Assembly (NCBI GenBank): GCA_050950765.1
Contig: JBMNIF010000002.1
Span: forward strand, 544,001 to 608,000
Source of the DNA: Bdellovibrionota bacterium
Lineage (GTDB): Bacteria; Bdellovibrionota_C; UBA2361; JAAYZI01
Direction of reading: 5' to 3'
Length of the DNA: 64,000 nucleotides
The position numbers were made by a program, and so were the translations under genes. A model generated the notes under the pieces. That model searched no databases. It saw nothing but the letters and a program-made list of their open reading frames with translations, and was not told the origin of the DNA. Positions 58,696 through 64,000 of the stretch are shown here, piece after piece. Position 1 is the stretch's first letter; every line of letters begins with the position of its first letter.

Positions 58696-61600
58696 CTGCA
58701 AACAAGATCTCCTTAGCGCCGCTACATTAACTTTATTCATCTTGATGGTAGTGCGTCTTCTTTTGACAGAAACCCTTAAAGCAAGGTTAAAACACTCTTC
58801 ATCACTTGTAGGCGTAGGAGAAACCGTCGGCGTTGAAGTCACACTCGGAGTTTCTACGGGAGTTGAGGTAATGCTCGGAGTCGGTGTAGGAGAAGGTAAA
58901 GGATCGATCACACCGTCTTTACAATTTACAATGCCATCTTGATCATAATCACCGTTACAGATGTCATAAATAGGCACTCCGGCGATCTCTCCTATTTTAC
59001 AACTATCGGTATCTCTCTTCGGATCTCCTGCTAAATCTGTAAAGTTACAACCACACACTCCCTCTTCTGTCCTTAACGGATCTTCAGGGCACTCCTCTTC
59101 GCAATCGTTTGCTCCATCTCCATCTTCATCGATCCCTTCATCAGTAAGCCCGTCACAGTCGTTATCTATTTCATCACAAATTTCTACTCCTTGCGCATCC
59201 CAATTTATCTCTGCATTACAGACGACCTCACTTGAATGACTCTCACCATCGCAGATATATACCCCTTGAGAAGCACAAGCGCCTTTTCCCACAGAGCAGA
59301 CGTTTCCTAAATCTTCGTATGCAGGAAAAACTGCATCACTTGAACAAGGCGGAGGATCTGCCTCACACGTTGAAGCTACAAGTCCGGCATTTTCGCAGTG
59401 AAAGTGAGGCTCGCAATCGAGATCGTCTCTACACGTTACACAATCAACTTGAGGCGTACCACCATCTGCGCAGAGCCCCTGCGCTAAAAAATTAGCGGTT
59501 CTAGCGCCCCGTACAACTCCACTTAATACACTCTCTTCTTCTCCTTGTACCTTAAATGATAAGCCGCTTTTTTTAACTTTTATCGCATAAGGCTTGCCAT
59601 AAGGAGCCATAATTGAATACCTTCCATTTGCAACAGTTATCATACCTCCTAAAGTATCGGCAGAAATTGTTGCTCCCGAGATAGGGGTCATCCCATCCGC
59701 TGCTAAAACAAGCCCTGATATCTCATAAGGTCTCGGCACTAGCTCCGGCGCTGGAACGATATAATCTGGCTTTCCTGTTTGTCCATAATTATCACTTCCC
59801 CAACAATAAACTTGATTATGAGCGATAGCACAGGTATGCCCCGATCCACATCCAACATCACTTACATTTATTAACTTATCTTCACCATTAGGACCGATTA
59901 CTGTTACAGGGATAGTGTTACTATTAGTAAATGTACCATTCCCGAGTTGCCCATAAGTATTGCTGCCCCAACATTTTAAAATATTTCTTCCCGTCTCTTC
60001 TACTATGGCACAATAATGACTATCGCCTGCTGCTATTTTTTTTACATTTGTTAATCCAGCAACAGCAACAGGCCGTCTATTGGTGTTACCAAAAGCAACA
60101 ACCGTTCCATCTTCTTTTAAAGCAATGGTCGCATTGTTACTCCCTGCTGCTGCTATCTCTTTTACATTTGAAAGAGGCGTTGCATCATTATCAACAATAA
60201 TAGTTGCAGGACGTAGACTCCCTTTAACGTTATTATCATCTGTTTGATTGCCTAAGTAATATTCGGAATTGCCCCAACACTTCACTGTTTTATCATTCAT
60301 CAGAGCACAGGTGTGCCTTGAACCTTTTGATACAGAAAGAGCACCCTTTAAAGGGTTTTCAGGATCTAGATAACTAGCTCTATCTTGAACTAAAACAGGA
60401 ACTGCCGATCGTCTATCAGAAGTTGATATCTCTCCTTTTTCGTTAGGTCTATTTCTAAACCCAAACTCTTGATTGCCAAGTTGCCCATACATATTACGAC
60501 CCCAGCACGCTATTTTCCCTTCATCACCAGATAAAATAACGCAGCTGCCAGTATGTGAACTTTGCCTAGAAATATGGCCTTCAAGTTTTTGAGTTTCCCC
60601 ACCTATCCCTTTTGCATAAACGGGATATGAATAAGAAATGCCCCCGTCGTTTCCAAGCTCGCCATACGTACCACAACCGAAACAAACGGCATGGTTAAGT
60701 TCTTCTTCTTCACCTATTTTAAAACACGGACTTTGCCCAGCTCCTGCACCTTTGATATTTGAAAGCTCTCCAACTCCTTCAAAACCCTTTACGTAGATAG
60801 CGCGACTAATAGTTTCGCAAAAAGATCCAAACGCTATCCCCTTACTTTCATTTGTAAGTAAAATTGTAGAGCTTTGTCCTGCAAAGATCTTTTTTGGAGT
60901 ACTATTTCGTAAATAATAATCATTAGGAAGGGTAGCAAGCTTAGGATAGGGACTCGTAACATAATCCCCATTTGCAAGCTCTCCTGAATTATTATTTCCC
61001 CACGCATAAAGCCAACCATCCTCTGTAATTGCAGCATAACTTCCATTTGATTCTTCAAGGTCGATGATATTAGTGTTCTCAGGAAATGCTATCTCCGTAT
61101 CATCAGAATTTAATACTCTGCCATCCAAAGTAAGAAAAATCGGTGCCCCGCTACCACCACTTGCGGCAATGTCTTTTATATCGCTTTTAACAGGTACCAT
61201 CTGACGATTCATGCCCCAAACAGCCACCTGATTATTATTTTTTAATGAGGTAAAAAGATTAACACTTCCGTTGCCATAGATTTTTGCGTGTCCTGAACCA
61301 AGTGCAGTAGCAAGACTGGGTAAAGGGTTGATAGAATTATTAGATGTATAAACACCATTTCCAAGATAGCCGTGTATCCCATTCCCCCAACAATAAATAT
61401 TAGTATCACTACCTATCGCACACGTTGTGCTAGCTCCTGCTGTCGCTATATCAACAATATTTGAAAGGTTCTCATCGGGTGCAAGAGATCTCTTTACAAT
61501 TACAGGAACTTGGCTTCTTGTGGTCGTACCATCTCCTAGTTGTCCAAAATTGTTAAACCCCCACGCATAAACATTGCCAGTGTTAGTTAAAGCAACTACA

Positions 61601-62202
61601 TGATAATAACCACTGGCAGATAATTTTAAAAACCTATGACTCCCTGCAAAGAGTACCTTTACTGCTTTTCTTGATGTTACATTACTATTATTACCTAGTT
61701 GTCCATAATAGTTATATCCCCAACACCACACTTCATCTTCGCTTGCTTTCTCTACAATTGCACAAACATGACTTACCCCTGCGGAGATATATTTTACATC
61801 TGTAAGTAATGAGGTTGTGCCTGTTACAAGTACATCTACCGGCACAGATGATAATTGCTTGTTAGTACCATCGCCTAATTGTCCGTAGTTATTGGCACCC
61901 CAACACTTAACACTTCCTCTGGCACGCTCATCAAGATAACCATTAGTTGAAATGAGTGCGCAAAAATACGAGCCTCCCCCTGAAACTTGTACTACATTTG
62001 AAAGCGCTGTTTCAGGAGTTTGAGAAAAAGCAAGATTGGTAAAAAAGACATTGGTAAAAACTAGAGAAAGTAAAATAAAAAATTCTCTTAACCTATCTCC
62101 TTGTTTATTTAAAATATCTTTCCACTTAGAAAGACCATTACTAAATGCTATTGTTGTATTTGTTAAATCTCTGTTATTCATCAAAATCCTCGCCACCCCT
62201 AA

Positions 62203-62229
62203 GATTCGGCTATATAATGAAAATACTTA
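62203..62229 (-). promoter_or_regulatory. Putative sigma28 promoter of the RCC1 gene
   Basis: Minus strand TAAG-N15-GCCGAATC, ~20 nt upstream of the ATG at 62181. Confidence 0.45.
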
Positions 62230-62359
62230 ACCTATTTTAATTTATCTTGATAGATCTTTAAGATGCTTACCATGCCTCTCATGAAAGTTGTCTTTAACTT
62301 ATCACCATACTCTCTACTTAAACAGGAGCTTTTTCTCTTATTAATTTTTAATAAATTTA

Positions 62360-62745
62360 CCTTGTGGATGTTGTAAAAGTTTTCCCAGAATGCGATAAAT
62401 CTCGGTGCAAAGTTTCTCACTCGCATTCAATTTATAAGAGATGCACGCTGTTAATAACAACAGGAGGTGTTTCCTTTTTCTGTGGATATCGTATCCAACT
62501 CGTTGTTTATACTCAATATTTTTCGGTAAAAGCTGTTGATAAGTTATTAACTTTTTGGGTAGAGTTGTAAAAGTTTGTATACGTTTTGTCTCAGTTTGGT
62601 AAAAAGTGCTTTTTTAAAGACAACTTATTCCACATTATTTACAAAGACATTTTCTTTTATTTATAAATCGTTATGGTAGTTATAAACAGTTTTTTTGTGT
62701 ACTACTACTATTACTATATATATCTATTAATATAATAATAGGAAG
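62360..62745. other. Putative chromosomal origin oriC (DnaA boxes, DnaA-trios, AT-rich DUE)
   Basis: Degenerate boxes TGTGGATGT 62363, TGTTAATAA 62449, TGTGGATAT 62481, TTATACTCA 62507, TGTTGATAA 62534, TATTCCACA 62626 and TTATAAACA 62680. These are followed by TACTACTACTATTACTA (62700-62716) and an AT tract, just upstream of dnaN. Confidence 0.8.
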
Positions 62746-62926
62746 GAGGGTTGTTTTTTAAATAGAAAAAAATTTGTTAGTAAGAGTAAATTATTACCTT
62801 TATAGATTCTAAATAATGTAAAAATATTTGGTTTATAAAAGAGATTATTTTTACTTGAATTTATACCCCTCATGTATGTAAAACTAATATGTTCTAAATG
62901 TATTAACTTTTTAAGTGCGAATAATT

Positions 62927-64000
62927 ATGGATATCTGTATTTCTAAATCGGAACTCAGCAAAGCCCTTTCTTACACTCAGAGAATTGCAGAATCAAAAAC
63001 TACTATGCCGATTCTTGTTAATGTTCTGTTATCAGCTTCAAGGAATGAGTTAAAGATCTCCGGTTCAGACTTGGAGATTACAGCAATTGCCAGAGCTGAA
63101 GCCGATGTGGCACAGGTTGGCAGTATAACAGTTAACGCTAAAAACTTTAGTGATATCGTTAGAGAGCTTCCTGATGGTATGGTTCATATTACAGTTAATG
63201 AGGCAGCTAGAGTTAAGATTACAGCCGATTCTACCGTTGTAAATATGATCGGTGTTAGCGCAGATGAATATCCGACCTTAAACGGAATTGGGATTAATGT
63301 TGTTAATAAAATAAATAGCGCGCATCTCTTAGAGATGATTTCAAAAACTATTTATGCCGTTTCTCTTGATGATACCCGTTTTAATTTAACAGGTGTCTGT
63401 TTTAAGATTGAAAAAGGTGCGAAAGGGGAAAAGTTCCTTAAAATGGCAGCAACTGATGGGCACCGCTTATCAGTGATTACAAGACCTGCAGGAGAGGTTG
63501 ATTTTGAAGGGTCTTGCATAGTGCCAAGAAAGGGATTGGGCGAGCTACGACGCATTTTAGAGACACAAACAGATGCTTTTGTAGGACTTACCATACAAGA
63601 TAACTTTTTAGTGGTAGACACTGAAAATGTTAAGATGTCTGCAAAGTTGATTGATGGTGAATTTCCTGATTACAGCCAAGTCCTTCCAAGCACAAAAGGT
63701 GTTATGGCAGTTTTAAATAGTGGTGCCCTATCACAAGCATTAAAGCGTGTCTCTCTAATGGTAAGTGAAAAAGATAAAAAGGTGCGCTTTGAGTTTTCCG
63801 AAAATTTATTAAAAATCTCAAGCTCTTCACCTGAGTTAGGTGATGCTAAAGAAGAGTTAGAGATAACTTATTCTGGAGAACCTATCTGCGTAGGATATAA
63901 TGCAAGGTATGTTTTTGATATAGCTTCTTCTCTAAAAGAGGATCAAAATATAGTGATAGAAGTGCATGGACCTATTGGACCAGGAAGATTTTACGCAGAA
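62927..64000 (+). CDS. dnaN: DNA polymerase III beta clamp (runs off the window; absent from the ORF track)
   Basis: Manual translation: MDICISKSELSKALSYTQRIAESKTTMPILVNVLL...GSDLE...DTRFNLTGV...AATDGHRL...KLIDGEFPDY...GYNARY. Confidence 0.95.
   Translation, partial: MDICISKSELSKALSYTQRIAESKTTMPILVNVLLSASRNELKISGSDLEITAIARAEADVAQVGSITVNAKNFSDIVRELPDGMVHITVNEAARVKITADSTVVNMIGVSADEYPTLNGIGINVVNKINSAHLLEMISKTIYAVSLDDTRFNLTGVCFKIEKGAKGEKFLKMAATDGHRLSVITRPAGEVDFEGSCIVPRKGLGELRRILETQTDAFVGLTIQDNFLVVDTENVKMSAKLIDGEFPDYSQVLPSTKGVMAVLNSGALSQALKRVSLMVSEKDKKVRFEFSENLLKISSSSPELGDAKEELEITYSGEPICVGYNARYVFDIASSLKEDQNIVIEVHGPIGPGRFYAE

Larger units (their letters stand above)
56625..62181 (-). pseudogene. 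RCC1-repeat / MopE-motif surface protein interrupted near its C-terminus by IS1634
   Basis: ORF 58654-62196 has CWG.N.YGQLG repeats, EICDEIDNDCDG, CPEDPLRTEEGVCGC and PTPTP. It joins in frame to 56625-56861 at LQ (the TSD). The likely ATG is at 62181 after GAGG. Confidence 0.88.

Noticed and set aside
63352..63621. Minus-strand 89-aa ORF and other short antisense or nested ORFs in the track
   Set aside because: These are shadows of well-supported genes (here dnaN) with no motifs or RBS support.

Overview
AT-rich bacterial chromosome segment that includes the replication origin region (dnaA ... oriC-dnaN, with dnaN running off the right edge). The gene content suggests a diderm, probably anaerobic, deltaproteobacteria-like organism (possibly Bdellovibrionota); this rests on PFOR, stand-alone atpB-atpE, FlgM and MopE-type Cys motifs and is inference only. 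Housekeeping genes include rppH, cimA, nifJ, ychF, tadA, rlmH, an rlmD-like gene, topA, guaB, maf, yggS, a dus-family gene, trxB, atpBE and four tRNAs. The most interesting material is a surface or contact apparatus. (i) An orphan Tad minor-pilin cluster has a ~1550-aa TadE pilin carrying a huge Cys-rich CXCXC/EGF-like stalk, next to a degenerate vWA protein and a degenerate lytic transglycosylase. (ii) Two large RCC1-repeat/MopE-motif proteins share an unrecognised basic C-terminal domain; one lies between dnaA and dnaN and is cut by an IS1634 element with a 6-bp target-site duplication (TSD). (iii) Sigma28-like promoters precede both RCC1 genes and flgM, and the flgM leader has five GGA motifs, most in hairpin loops, resembling CsrA sites. 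(iv) A tandem pair of PPR-like helical proteins shares a duplicated promoter. The window also has a 14-bp-direct-repeat-flanked islet with an orphan HaeIII-like methyltransferase, a structured leader upstream of guaB, a TrxB lacking the NADPH motif, and recurring 74-82-bp local duplications at unrelated loci. All calls were made by eye; no database searches were run.
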